A stretch of 64,000 bases of DNA from Spizellomyces punctatus DAOM BR117 (lineage: Eukaryota): assembly GCA_000182565.2 (NCBI GenBank), contig KQ257450.1. One strand, given 5' to 3'. Each line of letters opens with the position of its first letter. The stretch's first letter is position 1. This document shows, piece by piece, positions 50,258 to 63,800 of the stretch. The notes under the pieces are model-generated. The model worked only from the letters and a program-made list of their open reading frames with translations. It made no database searches and had not been told where the DNA came from. The position numbers and the translations under genes are program-made.

Positions 50258-52061
50258 ATGGTCATGTCGTCGTCACCCACCCAAGCGCAAAGCTCTAGTC
50301 AGCACGTCAACTCGGCCTCTGAAACAACACCTTTACTCAACAATGCACCTGACGCCAGCGATGGGTCGACGGGAGACATCCGTCCATGGTATCGCCGTCC
50401 TTCCCCCTTACATGTGGTCCTCCCGCTGGTCGGGACTGTGTTTTCGTATAGTGTCTCATTAGTCCCTATTCAGCAATTCATGTTGATGTATCTCTGTGGA
50501 AGATATCTGGCCGTAAAAGAAGGTCAAGCCGGAACCGCAGCACTTGGATCTATTTTATCAAGCGACAGCATCAACGACCTGCCGTCGTTTGCAAAGTGTA
50601 GAGAAATCCCTGATGTCCAAGCCTTGGCCGCAAAATGGCAAATGATTTTGACACTGTCAACCAGCGTACCCGCATTACTCGCTACGCCGCTGATCGGAGC
50701 GCTGTCCGATCGCGCAGGACGGAAACCAGTATTCTTTCTCCCAATACTCTCTGGACTCATTGGATCTTTGGCTATCCTTGCCGTTGCCCAATTTGATTTT
50801 GGACTTTGGATCCTCATTTTGGTGCACTTGTTGCAAGGATGTATGGGAGGCGATCTTGCCATTGTCATGATTACCTTTGCCTACATTGCAGACGTAACAA
50901 CTGCGGAGACAAGAAGCAAGGTCTTTGTAACAATTGAAGCGCTGACGTTCATATCCTTTACGATTGGGCCGTATTGTGGAGGTGTGCTCACTCGGGTAGG
51001 CATCCACGCGTGACTTTTGTCTTGTTGACCGAATGCCTTATTCAAACGGTTGGCTATACAGGTGCTTCCCTCAGGAGTGATCGGCGTTGTTTATGTCACT
51101 ATCATTGGGCAGCTTCTGACAGTGGTGTATGTCACCCTCTGCCTCCCCGAGTCATTGACACCTCCCAAGCGCTCTGTGACTGATCCCGGGCTGTCGACAC
51201 CAGCAGCCAAACCATCAGTACTGGCCACGCTCATCTCATTTGGTCCGGTTGTGCGTGTTGTTAGCAAACCTCCTCGGATATATCTTCTATCGCTGGTATT
51301 CATCACATCGACCTGCGTGGGCGGCATTGCACTCTTCTTTTACTATGCATCCTATCGGTTTGGCTGGGATGCTTACGACGAGGGAGTTTTCATGTTGTAT
51401 GCTTCTGGAACTCGGGTGTTTTGGATGATGGGTATAGCAACCATTCTTTACAAAGTGTTTGCCGGCGAACGACATGGAGAGTCTGAAACAGAAACCAGCC
51501 TGCGAAAGGTGCGACTGGATGTGCGTATCGTGAGAATTGGTATGCTTGTGCTGGCAGGCGGCTGGATTTTGTTAGGGCTTGCATCGGCCTCATGGATGGT
51601 GTATGCTGGTAGGTGTGACAGCGTCCGGACTTGTTGCTCAACGGTATATGATCACTTACACCACCAAAATAGTGACATTTTGGAATGGAATTGGCACACT
51701 TGCCAAGCCCACCATTCGATCCCTTCTATCACGCTCTGTCCCTCCTGCGCTACAAGGTCGGCTCTTCTCTACTATTCAGGTGACAGATCAGGTTGCCACT
51801 ATCTTCTCCAACTTGGTTTTCCCACCAATCTGGGCTGCCAGTGTCGGCGGTCCATACCCAGGGCTATTTCTGCAAATCATTGGTGGGCTGTTCTGTATCG
51901 CCGCATTTATCGCGTGTGCCTTTATCAAGGTTGGAGATATTGCAAATGGTTTTCATGGGAATATACCCGTTAGTGTAGATGCGGAGAAGGGTACCGAAGA
52001 AGTGGTACTGGATGCAGAAACAGATGGAGGAGAACGGGATGCAGAGAATGCTGCTGCTTAA
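50258..52061 (+). CDS. MFS transporter (SLC46-like), 2 introns, N-terminal acidic-dileucine motif ETTPLL
   Basis: GALSDRAGRKP motif A, AYIADVT...R, multiple TM helices, IRSLLS..VP...QGRLF; TATAAAA at 50164-50170. Confidence 0.88.
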
Positions 52062-52461
52062 CAACGCCGCTGGGCGTACGGAAAGTAACATGTATATAAG
52101 AGGTTTGCTTCCATTTTGCTGCTGGGTTTTGGAGTATTAGGGATAGGATTTGCAATTTGGGTTTCGGTTATCCACTATTCTTTGCTGGTGTTTTAATTCA
52201 TCCTATGTAGATATATTAGTAATGGGCTTATACATCGAAAAATGCGAAAGAGTTTCATCGTACAACGAGCTCCAATGTGTAATGCAAATATAAGCTTCTC
52301 CCTACTAGGTATTCCATTGTGCGGGAAAGACTATTCTCGCCAATGCGAGATTGAGACCAGAGTATGTATTGTCACGCCATCAATTCACTATTCCTCCATC
52401 AATGCCAAAACCTAGCTTTATCCGCTATTCGTTGAAGATCACATCACAAAGCAAGAGCACC

Positions 52462-53358
52462 TCATCCTCTTAGTGTATTGTCTATATAGCCCGCCGAAAA
52501 CAACAAATAGACAGTGAATCATTCTCACCTTCCACTTTCTTTGCAAATGCATCAGCCTTCTTCCAGGCCTGTCTCGCTTGCTCCGGATCGCCCTTTTGTT
52601 GAATCTTTGCAGCTTCTTTTCTCATATTCTCGGCGCGATCTTCCTCATTTAAGAGGTGGTCGCGGTCGCCCTAACGCTGTTGATGAGGCTATCGTCCATG
52701 CAGGTATTTTAGTGCTGATCTCTACCTTTCGGTCGCTTTTGGGTAACTGCCTCTCTCCAGGTTGCAAATCTCCTCTAAAAATCGATTTGAGATCAGGCTG
52801 CATATTCATTTCCGCCTTTGCCCATTTTTTTTGAATGTCTGGGCCACGGAGGAGATGTTCGTCAAGGTCCCGAACAGGAGGCTGGTGCTTGTTGGGACTA
52901 TCAGTGTAGTCTTGATCGTCTTGGTCAGCTTTTGCAACCTTAAAATGAAAATAAGTCATGTATATTGTGGACAGTTGGACGATCAGCAAAGGTGCATGCC
53001 TGATGGTAAACTTGACTCATGACGGGCAAACTTTGGACAGAATTGAGGTTGAACAAAAGTTTTATTAATGATATCTCAGTGTTGGGAGTGAGAGCTTGTG
53101 CTTGGGTGCTATTCCCTTTTATACATGTTCTATTTTCTTTACGTAGTCATTGCAGGTCCAGGTCCACAACAACCATGCAAGCCCATGCAGCAAGCCCTTG
53201 CAAGAACCTTCGTGTACCGCACCTTTTTTGGCTATACCCTCCATCTGCTTAATCTCATCTTTTGAACCTCTATCTCTTTGCACCAGTTCCCGAGGATATA
53301 TTTGGAAAACAGGATCTGGGTTACAAGCCTTGTCTCTGTAGTCGGAATATCTATCCAC
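52462..53358 (-). CDS. Hypothetical highly hydrophilic multi-exon protein (model uncertain, possibly decayed)
   Basis: Exon-like peptides MDRYSDYRDK.., VAKADQDDQD..RK and GDRDHLLNEEDRAENMRKEAAK.. bounded by GT-AG sites; the middle exon is not resolved. Confidence 0.35.
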
Positions 53359-53431
53359 TATCCATATTCGCTGTCTACCGAATGCCTACCAAACAGTGGA
53401 GCAAAAGTACTAGCATACATACGACACTCTT

Positions 53432-54051
53432 TCAAGGCCCCCTTGGGTCGGCAATTGCCGTAGCCGTAGGTGTTACCACTGTCAATGTGTCAGTTACCCA
53501 ATAGTCGACGCAAATCCCAGGAGCGTCCGGTAATAGATCATTGACCTCGCATCTCAAACCAGGCTCACAAACAGCTATCGGAGTGTTGGGACCGGGAAAC
53601 CCCAGACATGGCTTCCCTTTGCCCACCTTATTGTGAAGAAGCCTATTGCTCAGTTCTAAAAAGGATGAAGAAACACCATAACCGACCTACCACAACAGTA
53701 TTGTGCGTAGCAGTGGCTACTGCAGTAGTAACGTCCGGTGTTGCCTTTTTATTTTCCATCCTAGATTTGAGCTCTTGCATAACTACGCTAGGTCAAAAAA
53801 CCAGCATACCTGAACGCACACCCCCATTGCATCCGGGTACGTTTCTTGAATCCAGCAGCTGAGGTTTGATGGACACTTGAACCCGGCGAAACCTCCACAT
53901 GGGAGCTAAGCAAAGGCCTTTTACCCTTGTATGTTTGACTATGGTAACGAAAACGAGTAAGGCTACTCACGGCAGTCCTAGTTCCCACTATGGTCTGACT
54001 AAATACGGGACTGATGAGAAGAATTGCGATTAGTGGGTTTGGCATATGCAT
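53432..54051 (-). CDS. Small secreted cysteine-rich protein with two 4-Cys repeats, 3 introns
   Basis: Signal peptide MPNPLIAILLISPVFS. Repeat 1 PCGGFAGFKCPSNLSCWIQETYPDAMGVCV; repeat 2 PCLGFPGPNTPIAVCEPGLRCEVNDLLPDAPGICV; Thr-rich linkers. Confidence 0.7.
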
Positions 54052-54971
54052 GGTGCTTGTAAGCGTTTTGACGACAAAACAATGTCCTTGTAAAGCTTCA
54101 AGTGCATTCGTCCAGAACATACGCGGTACGTAAGCAACGCCAGTCATGTTTACCTCTAACTTTTGCCCATTAAGCGCCATTTTCCAATAGGCCCTGTCAA
54201 TAATCTGTTGCTGCTGCTTATTACCAATGTCAACGCTCATTTGGATCACATCAATGAAATCATCTATGGCAAAGATCATAAAGAACTAACTAAGACAAGG
54301 CATAAAGGAACCATATCATTCATCTCAATTGAGAAGCTGCTGGCTACGAAAGCTCTTTCGCGGATATCGACTTCATGTGAGCACGACTCTTGCGCGAAGA
54401 ATTTGACTCTGGATCGTTCATGAATTGATCTGAAATTGCCGAAACCCAGCAAGGCGACTGCCAAATGTCCAAAATATTACGGTAGTATTGACGGCGATGG
54501 CGATGGTATGGTTGCGACGTAGGCTCTACAAAGCCGTATCGTGCAGACATATGTGCTTACGATAATACACACTAAGCATTAAACCTGAAGTTAGTTGCTA
54601 TGCGCGCGATATGACCGATGTATTCGAGCTCAGTAACTCTAGCCTATAATATCCTGGTGAACATCACGGGTCAACTTTAAAAGCCAAAAAGTTTATTTTC
54701 CCTTTGCATGTGATTCGGTAAGGGTATTCATCGTCACCAGATCGTATATACAACTACTTACAATACCGTCCCCTCGCAAAAATCCAAAACCAACATAATA
54801 TAGATACAAGTGAACTGCGCCATTGGCGACTCTAATACACCAACATACCCTATAGATAACCTTTGCTCTCTCAAATTTTTCTCCCCTAGAGACCATTATT
54901 AACGATCGGAACCTTGTCAAGTTGTATGCCACGCTCTTGCGATACTACCTGACGTTGCTAGCTTAAAGCAT

Positions 54972-56687
54972 TTACGCGTAATTAGGACTCGAAAGCTGAC
55001 TTGTATGTTCCTCATCTGGCCCCCCACCGTGGCCCCCATTCGGGATGCTGTTGGACACGGTACTTTGAATCATTTGATGAAGTTGTGCGTCCCGCACAGA
55101 TTTTTCCAAGTGCAGCTTTCGCCGCGGATTCTTTCGTTTGTGTCTCTTTTTACAAGTAGGACTCTCGGAATCAATCAGATCCTGTCGGTCGTTGTCAGAA
55201 AAGGACATCCTTTTGTTCCCGACACTCGTAGAAGGGTCTTGTTCACTATCCTCGCCTGTTTGCGAGCCGCTCGCAGCAGAGTAGGAAGCTGTATCGCTAA
55301 CCTGTTCCACATTCATATGCCCATTCGTCTGACTCGACTCTGCGGGCAAAGTACAAGGGCTTTTGCATGCCCTATGCACATGTTCCACCTGACGTTCACT
55401 GAGGGCGGGTCTTGCTACGTTGCCCAAGCTTGTCTCTGAATTCTGTGTGTCATCTGGTGCCACATACTCTGCCATAGTATCATATACTTCCATCATCCAA
55501 GGACTCTTGGAAAAGCACACTAGTTCATGCACAAAATGTTCAGTGTGCGACGAGAGGTATTCTTCCAATGCACTCTTCGCCGCCTGAGACTCCAATCCTT
55601 CCCTGAAACCCACGGAACTGTGAATATTGGTCCCATGAGAGGGAACGAAGAAGAACGTACCTTTGTAATATCGCAATAATCACGTCGATTATCATTTCGA
55701 CATCGTCGATACGAAGCAGTACTTTCAAGTCACGTCGAATCCACGGCACCAATTTCTTTATAAGATCGGGATTGCGCTTGAACAGCTCTGGAGTAATTTC
55801 TTTGAACTTGGAATCTCTGGTAACCGGCATCGTTTTGGCTCGTAAACCATGGGCATAGATATGCCTGGGCGACGAATCAGTCAGCGGAAGGCGATCAGCA
55901 GTTACGATTCTCAAGCAAGCCAAGGAATACCTTCTAAATGCATCACCGGTAACCATACGAGGCTGTTCTAGCAGAAAATGTCTATGTGGCTCCCGATTTG
56001 CTGCCCGAGGTGTGCGTCTATACATGTTGCGATTGCGGGTCCGGTAGCGGACATCTGAACGGCTGAAAAACGGATTCGTGTAGTGATCAATGCGCAGATT
56101 CGTAAAAGAAAGGCGTTCTTTAGGAAGCATACCTAAAGTGCTGAGGCCAAGCTTCAGTTACATCCGCAAACTCATACTGCAAAGAGTGAAAAACAGGTCA
56201 GATAACTGGAGAGAGCTCTGGCAGGCGACCCAATAGGATACCTTCTCATATCCATCATTGCCTTTTGCGGGCACCACTCCAAATAGGATGGTCTGTCTGC
56301 ATTCGGGGCATGCACGTCCACACTGAGCCCACTGACAAATGCATTGAAAGCAGAACGAGTCTGCCGGTGGCATGTCCAAGAGCAGTCAGTAATGCCGTTC
56401 TTGACAGAAACTACTTTAGGCGAGCACTTACGGTAACACGGGTGGACAAACATTCTGGACAGCATGGGCTGTAAGCAGATGGAGCACGTCGGGCCTTCGT
56501 CGTCGCTGTACGTGTGCTCTTCCGCACCAGAAGAAATGTCTGGCTCTCCCATATCCGCCTCTTTGACGTCTGCAAGCTCATCAGCTGAGGATTTCACTAT
56601 ACAAGCCTCGGATTGTTTACAATGCACAAGGCATGACTGGTGTGGACTGTGAGGGCATCTTGGAACAACGCTGGTAGATCGAGCCAT
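54972..56687 (-). CDS. TOPORS: Topors-like C3HC4 RING E3 ubiquitin ligase, multi-exon
   Basis: RING CSICL..PCYHSFCFQCICQW....CPECR, plus the Topors-type block LVPWIRRDL..L..HTEHFVHELVCFSKSPW.M..YD. Confidence 0.78.
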
Positions 56688-56836
56688 GCCCGTCTCAAAG
56701 GCTGCAGCAGCAAGTCGGAGGGTCAATTCATGTGTAATCGATGTTGGTTGGAATGCATAATGACAAACGATGGGTCGAGCCACAACGTAATCAAGTCGGT
56801 AGTGCTTTATTGATCATTGCTACTGATATCCTACTG

Positions 56837-58095
56837 CTATTTCTGATTCAAATTGCCAATTTCCCATGCGGGCCAATCATGTTTCTTTTCTTTTTCAATA
56901 CTCTGCCCACCTTTGAGATATCTAATATTACTCTGCAAGCCCATCTTACCAGTCCGTCCCGTAGGAAATACGGGCACGGCTCTGATTTCAGGTAGAAGAC
57001 CGATTCCGATAGAGAGACGCACCATCTACGTCCACCCTTCGTCGCTGCTCTCGTAACTTGGCAGTTCATGATTTATCGTGTCTGTCGCCACTGGTGGGAC
57101 ATCTCGCAGCTCATCGGCCGAATCGTCGACGTCCATATCTTCCTGAGTTGCTTGATCCAAAATCACAAATGGGTCCTCTTTGATAGATCCTGAATTTCTA
57201 TGCGCGCTCGGCCGTGAGATATTATGCTGCATATCTATATCGGAACGACAGTTAGCGAGTGATTACAAGTCGAATCACAAATGCGAGTACCGTGTAGGGT
57301 GTCTTCTCGATCCAGATGTTCGCCGATCGATAAATGATACATCTTGCTCGTGTTGTCAGAGTTTGCTTGTGAGGTACTTGATATCATTGATTCCCCCCTT
57401 GATTCCCTGCGAGAGATGGACAATGGCGTCTCCACGTCGAACCCTAGATCCGGTAAGTCTTCCAAGTACTTGTGGTCCTCATCGCCAATTATCCAAGCTT
57501 CCTGCTCAGCTGCCCAGGTTGTCTCTACAACTATTGATGAATCTGACAGGTATCCGGAGGCAGGAGAACGGAGCGATGCATCCGTGCTGACCGTCACGGC
57601 ATTAGGAATGGAAAGGGGAGTGGGTAGCTGTCGCGGCGGGGAGCGTGGTCGGTTCCTAAATGGAAGTTGCATTTTGACGCTGTTGTGAAGACCAGTCCAT
57701 TCAAATTTCGTTTTGCCTCTATCCTGCACGGCTGGTGGTAATATTGGTACAAGCTCTGGTACGGAAACTTGTTGACCTGGTGACTGTCGCAATCTATTGA
57801 GCTCGGAACGTCGTTTGCGTGCTTTCCTCCCCAGTCTTGGGCTTGTATCGACATATACCTCTGATCGTGATGTTTCATTAAAGGAAGTATCTGACTCGGT
57901 GGTCGTTGAGCCAAGGTTGACCCCAGTCTGCTTTGCACTAGTAATCGTTACTGGAACCGTTATTCCATTGACAGACCGCCATAGCGGTATCGGCATATCT
58001 TCCTCAATCCGTGCTATTAAAACGGGATATGGCTGGTTGCGGGTGGGAAACGTGTAAAGCTTTCCTCGTGGGAGAGCTGCCTGTGGCATAACCAT
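56837..58095 (-). CDS. Hypothetical protein, multi-exon
   Basis: 295-codon ORF 57235-58122 plus a spliceable downstream ORF 57026-57232; no domain recognised; ends uncertain. Confidence 0.5.
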
Positions 58096-59213
58096 AGGGG
58101 GTTCAGCGGCGAATACAGACAAACAGACGCTTGGCTTTAATATCTCAACTTGAAGCTTGGAAAGTAATGTGCAGGTGCAAAGGTCAAAGTTGAAAGTTCA
58201 AAAAAAAAGGAAGGAACTGACAGGTCGGAAGCTTTTGGGAGACGTCAAATAATTAAGTGGCAGCTTGTCTGTGATCGTGCTGACATAATCACCATGATCG
58301 ACCATCTGCAGGTTGCGGGGTAACTTTGTACGGATGAGTAAGACTGCGAAAAGACCTAAGTGCATAGCATGGTATCTTTCACTATAGCATAGGAGTGGAG
58401 ATCCGATATTCATTAGGCACAGGCCTATCTATAGTATGGAGACTTACCAGGCAGCCCAATAGGTTCGGACGTTGGGTCCGCCAAAAGCGTTCCATGTGTA
58501 CCATCATCATCCTCTTCTTTTACAGTTGGATTTCTCCTAGTTATCCCTATCGAGTATCTGTAAAATTATGCTACGAAACACAGATTGCTCCTTCACACAC
58601 TGCAACTTCTTTGGATGCACGCTTGAAATGCTACAGTCTGTTATCTCTTATGGATTTGTCGAAAAAGAAGATGCACAAAGACGTTGCTTGGAGGTGACAA
58701 GAATGAACTGAATGTCACGGCCATCGTAACCGGGATGAATACGATACTGCCTATACTCTGGCTGGTGTCAAAATCCAGGACCCTCAGTCAATGACAGTAA
58801 GGAGGCCTTTTGTATGGGACCGATTCTGCACCGTTACGAGTGATCGTTTGTGGTCCCGTGGTCATTTGGCTTCTTTTTTAGGTGCCAATAGGCAGTACAG
58901 ACGAATGCAATGAAGATGTGTGCACTAAAATAGTTTGTCACAGCTAGATTTAGAAAACGAGTAGCCATTCAAGCCCGTTCAGAAATTCAAGTATAAACAC
59001 TTGCTACAGTGATATGTATATTTTCATAGTCAAAGTCACATCGTCGGCTACAACGAGGGTATTTCTATGATGAATATATTCTACTAAAGGTCTATGACAT
59101 TTGGGTATACACAACTCTATACAACTATGCTTTTTATACAGATTTCAAACACTTCATAGAAAGTCACTAAAGACAGTCACCACTCATCAGATATGAGGCA
59201 TTGACATCAGCAC

Positions 59214-60672
59214 TCAGCACCAGGGCCCAAACGAAATGTCAAAATAATGATTCAAATGGCTCAAGATCCCTAAAGGAGTGACAATAGCCAAGGCCACATT
59301 CTTGGCCAGATTTTCAGCGTTAATGCAGGAAGGAGACTCCAATTCGTTGGCTCCGCTGCATTGACGAATGTTTGACTTGCTGGGGATATAGTATTCCTCT
59401 TCGTGGTGCAGATAGCCCCAGTCGCGGAAAGGAATGGAAGTAACTTGCATTTTCCAATTAGTTGGAGTTCTACGTTAGGATAATTCTGCTGCTCCAGCTA
59501 CTCACCAACATCGCCCCATCCCGTTACACGATGGAAGCGAATGGGAAGAGAGTTGACCCAGCGGGCATAGGCCGCATTTCCAACGCTACAGGATATGCGT
59601 TGTCAAAAATTGTCCAACACTGGTAAGAATCCATAGACAGGAGAAACGTACCGAGGCTCGCCGTAGGTGTAGACAGTTATCCTTCCGGCCAAGCTATTTC
59701 CAAAGTGATCGAGCAAATCCACAGCGGAAAGCACGCTTATGGCTCCTCCAAGACTGTGTCCAGCGACATGAATTGCATAATTCTTACGTTGTGGGTCATT
59801 CAGAAGTTTTCCCACAGCAGCACGAACGTGATCGCGAGCAGCCAAGTAAGTGTTTTGGAAACCGTAGTGGATTTGCGCATCAGAAGGAGCCGTCAAGTGC
59901 TCGCCACCTAGGCAAAGTTCCGTCTTCCAAAGTAGCATATCGTTTGCAAAGTTTGAAGGAGTGAGACTGCCCCGAAATGCAACGATGATGGCTCTTTGTG
60001 CATCGTTGTAGGCCACCTGCATTAGATTGACGTTTGAATTAAGGAACAGTTCCATATAGTCATGAATGCTTACAACGTACATAGCCAACGGACTGGGATT
60101 TGGTAAAGTACTCTGTGATGACGGTACCAGAAGTAAGAGAGGTAGTACATCGCTCTCGGCAGTCCCAGTTCTTGTTAAGAAAGAACTTTAAACAATCTTT
60201 TAATATCCAATGATTGTCAATCTCATGTGTAAGAGGCTGTTTAAATCTCAATTAAAAACCTACATGCCGCGGCCGCATATGCCTGATGTCGTTTCAATTC
60301 CGTCAGCAAGGTAGGGCTTACTGCTCGAGCGACCAGATCCGAGGTTCGGGTCATCAAAGTGGATGGCAGAGAGGCAGATCCGGAGCCAGTTTGAGCTAGA
60401 TTCTCGGAGACCTGTTTGATTGCTGGCGTGCTGAGGTCTTTGATCATGTCGGGTGTTGCAGTGGCATTGTAAGACTGAGATGATGAGCATAGAACATGGA
60501 TGTGATTAAATGACCATATTTCTGAAAAAGCAGATATATATATACATACGGAAGACAGGAAATCAAGTCTGGCTTTTTGCATCTCTGCATCACTAATTGC
60601 ACTACTAGTAGGGGCGGCCCATGCATTGGGAAGCATGAGAGCAACAGTGGCAAGGCAAGTCAACAACCGCAT
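59214..60672 (-). CDS. Secreted fungal triacylglycerol lipase (class 3) with propeptide, multi-exon
   Basis: Signal MRLLTCLATVALMLPNAWA, IIVAFRGS, IHYGF, AGHSLGGA, YTYGEPRVG, GDV, WGYLHH.EEY, SHLNHYF. Confidence 0.92.
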
Positions 60673-61669
60673 CTTTGAATGGGGAGTCTGGTGAAATCGC
60701 CTTGCGAGTGAACTTGAAAAAGACCTGGACAAAAAGCAGATGGGTGATGGAAGATGCTTGTGCCTATTTAACTTTTGTGCACACCCCCTGGGAGCCGCTG
60801 TCCCCGACAAGGTAAACCACTGTCGCAGACAGTCCACTTTAAAAATCCCTTCATTCATAAGGCTGAAGAATAAGTTTCTGAAGAAGGTCAACTTTTTGTT
60901 GTACATGTTTTATAGAGCTTTTCTTGAATCTCCTTCATGGTTTTGACTAGCAAGTGTAACGCTTTGGGTATTTGGTTGTAAATCAGCAGCGCTTCAAGTC
61001 TTTCCACGTTGACTCAATTACACCAAGCCATAAGAACCTTTGCATCTCTCTCGCAAGTGCCAACACAAGGCCCTCGATGATGTTTCCCAACACCGTTGGA
61101 CTAGCCGCAAAACAAGCAAGATTATCACCTCCCCCACGCGACCAAACCCACGGTCAAAAAAAACAAAACTTGTTTATTACACCAGCAGGAAAATGCTGTT
61201 GTTTTCGTCAAAGGACAATCTCGTCATCTTTCCATTGCGCGGATCGAACGATCGACAAGCGTTGCAGTTGTGCCCTGCTGTTCACGCCGAGTGTTCAAGT
61301 GTTCCAGTGTTCTTTTTGCCTTGTACATCTTACCGTGCAAACTCTATGAAAACCTACAGACCATCAATCGAAAGTGAACTGCTTCGATGGGCAAATGTGC
61401 CAACTGCATATCGGTTATCGTTACATTCAGTCTTTACTTAATGTAATCCATCCGCTATGATGGCATATCCGTTGAGTTGACAAAACAAAACAAAAAAAAA
61501 CAAAAGCAAAAAGACGGATAGCCAGAATCGAACTGTGCTGACTGTGCCACCAGCAAGATGGCCTCGTGAACTGCTGCCTGCGTGTGTCGAGGTCGACATG
61601 ATCTTGTTCATTTGTCGTAGATCCCAATTCAACAATCAATTCCTGTCGTCCATTAGTAGAGTCAAACAA

Positions 61670-63091
61670 ATGTCAACGCACCAGGTAATGGATTATTCAG
61701 CATGGTCAAAGGAGGATCTCATAGGACGAGTTAAAGAATTGGAGACCATCGTGCAAACTGGGAAGCCCAGCCAAAAGGCAATAAATCAAGAGTGCAAGTG
61801 CACACCTCCTACGACGAAAGCAAAATTGCGAAAGAAAGCAGCACCCCGACCATTTGATTTTGAGGCTCACCCGCTCCGCCCAATTGCCCTCCGTCTTTCG
61901 TACCTAGGTTGGTCCTATCATGGCCTCGCCTCCCAAGAAACTGATACCGTCCCTACCGTCGAGTCTCACGTATTTAATGCCCTAATGACTGCTAAACTGA
62001 TACCCGATCGCAAAGCATGCCAGTTTTCAAGGTGTGGACGAACAGACAAGGGAGTGAGTGCTTTCGAGCAGGTCCTTGGATTGTGGATCAGGAGTTCATT
62101 GTGCGCTAGCACGGCCGGATTAGTGAAGGGGTGGGAAAACACGGAACCAGCAAAGAAGGGTGTGATGAAAGAGTTGGGTTACTGCGATGTGGTGGATGGG
62201 GAGATGGATTATGTGGGTATTTTGAACAGGATCTTACCGAAAGACATACGAGTCTTGGGGTGGAGTCCGGTCCCGCCAACCTTTGATGCCAGATTTGACT
62301 GCCAATATCGCCGATATAAATACTTCTTTCCTGCCGGAGCATTGGATATTCGCGAAATGAGGACGGCAGCATCACAGTACATTGGTGTACACGATTTCCG
62401 AAATTTTTGCAAAGTCGATCCAGCCAAGAACATTTCTTCCTACGAACGCCGAGTTCTGGATGCAGATATAAGACCATTGGGCCTAGAAGATGACCCCAAT
62501 TGGGCAGACGGTCCTAATGGAGATGGATTGGATGCGGAGACCGGACAGGCACCTGAAGCGGACAAATGTTATGTCTTTACCGTCACAGGCCACGCCTTTC
62601 TCTGGCATCAAGTGCGCTGCATGATGGGTATACTCTTTTTGGTCGGATTACGAAAGGAGCCCTCAAACCTCCCCACAACTCTAATGGATCTGTCAGCGCA
62701 TCCCCCAAACAGTGGTCGACCAGCTTACGACATGGCAAGCGAGATACCCCTTGTCCTTGTCGAGTGCGGTTACCCTACGGACATGTTACGATGGCACCAG
62801 GATGATGCTGAGAGCATCAAATTGGCCCATGGATTGCGAGAGTTGTGGAGAGATTATGCTGTGAAGAGTACACAGATTGGTCGGTTGATTCAAGGTGTCG
62901 TTGGCATGGACGAAAGACGATTGTCATGGGTATCTGGTAAAGAAAAGTACGTACCGGTGATGAAGCTGGGGAGATGCGATTCTGTTGAAGAAAGAATCAG
63001 AAAGAGCGATGACGCAAAGACGAGGAAAAGAGGAGCAGGAACTCCAGACAAGGTCAATGATGCTGGAAAGCGGCCCAAGATGGTCGAATGA
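61670..63091 (+). CDS. PUS3: tRNA pseudouridine(38/39) synthase (TruA family, Pus3/Deg1), intronless
   Basis: YLGWSYHG, CGRTDKGVSA (catalytic Asp), F.ARF.C..R.YKY, G.HDFRNFCK, AFLWHQVRCM, P.Y.MASE.PL.L. Confidence 0.95.
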   Translation: MSTHQVMDYSAWSKEDLIGRVKELETIVQTGKPSQKAINQECKCTPPTTKAKLRKKAAPRPFDFEAHPLRPIALRLSYLGWSYHGLASQETDTVPTVESHVFNALMTAKLIPDRKACQFSRCGRTDKGVSAFEQVLGLWIRSSLCASTAGLVKGWENTEPAKKGVMKELGYCDVVDGEMDYVGILNRILPKDIRVLGWSPVPPTFDARFDCQYRRYKYFFPAGALDIREMRTAASQYIGVHDFRNFCKVDPAKNISSYERRVLDADIRPLGLEDDPNWADGPNGDGLDAETGQAPEADKCYVFTVTGHAFLWHQVRCMMGILFLVGLRKEPSNLPTTLMDLSAHPPNSGRPAYDMASEIPLVLVECGYPTDMLRWHQDDAESIKLAHGLRELWRDYAVKSTQIGRLIQGVVGMDERRLSWVSGKEKYVPVMKLGRCDSVEERIRKSDDAKTRKRGAGTPDKVNDAGKRPKMVE

Positions 63092-63239
63092 GGGACTTTG
63101 CAATTTGTACATAGATGACGCAAGGCATGGAGCAATTGTAAATGACTGTAACAAGACGCTCAACTTTTATAGATGGCGTAGAATTTTCGAATATATTCAC
63201 AGTAAATATAATAACGATAAACTTGACCAAACTCTGCAA

Positions 63240-63800
63240 TCAAGATCTCCTCCGTCGTTTCTTGCTTCTTTTGTCCCTGTCATCCTCTGACTCTGACTCT
63301 GACTCTGAAGACGACGAATCGCTGTCGCTTGATGACGAATCCGAAGAATCCGACGAAGAATCTGAACTGGAGGAACTACTAGAGCTTGAGCTCGACTCCG
63401 AATCTGAATCACTGTCACTCCCACTCTCACTGCTATCTTCCCCCCTTTCCCTCCTCTTTTTTCGCAAGATTTCATCTGCAAGTCCCTTTTGTGATCGTCT
63501 GAGACCAGTTGGATCTTTTTTGACCATGGCACTTGGGAGGATGGGTTTGGAAAGCTGTTGCGTGCGAGTTGGACGAGATACATACGGACGGGTTGATTTG
63601 CATTCATATGTCCAGTGACCGTAACCTGTTGACAACAGAGGGTGAATAACGGTGAAAAGTTCCAGGCAGCCCCGTGTGCGTTCCTTACCTAGACATTTTT
63701 GGCACTGCCCTGGCTGCTGGCGACCACGCCTAAAGGTGGAGATTTGGGAAAGAGATTCAACCGGGGCTGTTGGAGCACCAAAGATGGGCGGTTGTGTCAT
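63240..63800 (-). CDS. ZCCHC10-like zinc-knuckle protein with Ser/Asp-rich tail (one intron inside the knuckle)
   Basis: QCQKCL|GYGHWTYECK..RPYVSRPTRTQQL, poly-SD tract and basic C-terminus. Confidence 0.88.
   Translation of the reverse strand: MTQPPIFGAPTAPVESLSQISTFRRGRQQPGQCQKCLGKERTRGCLELFTVIHPLLSTGYGHWTYECKSTRPYVSRPTRTQQLSKPILPSAMVKKDPTGLRRSQKGLADEILRKKRRERGEDSSESGSDSDSDSESSSSSSSSSSSDSSSDSSDSSSSDSDSSSSESESESEDDRDKRSKKRRRRS

Noticed and set aside
58700-58770. CHGHRNRD peptide reminiscent of the TnpB/Fanzor RuvC-III C..NRD.NA motif
   Set aside because: In-frame stops lie just upstream, the NA..NI part is missing, and no other RuvC motifs or terminal repeats were found.
63142-63618. Acidic 158-aa plus-strand ORF and other long antisense ORFs (e.g. 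10756-11550, 41487-42080, 1461-2303)
   Set aside because: Shadow frames of low-complexity or well-supported genes on the opposite strand.
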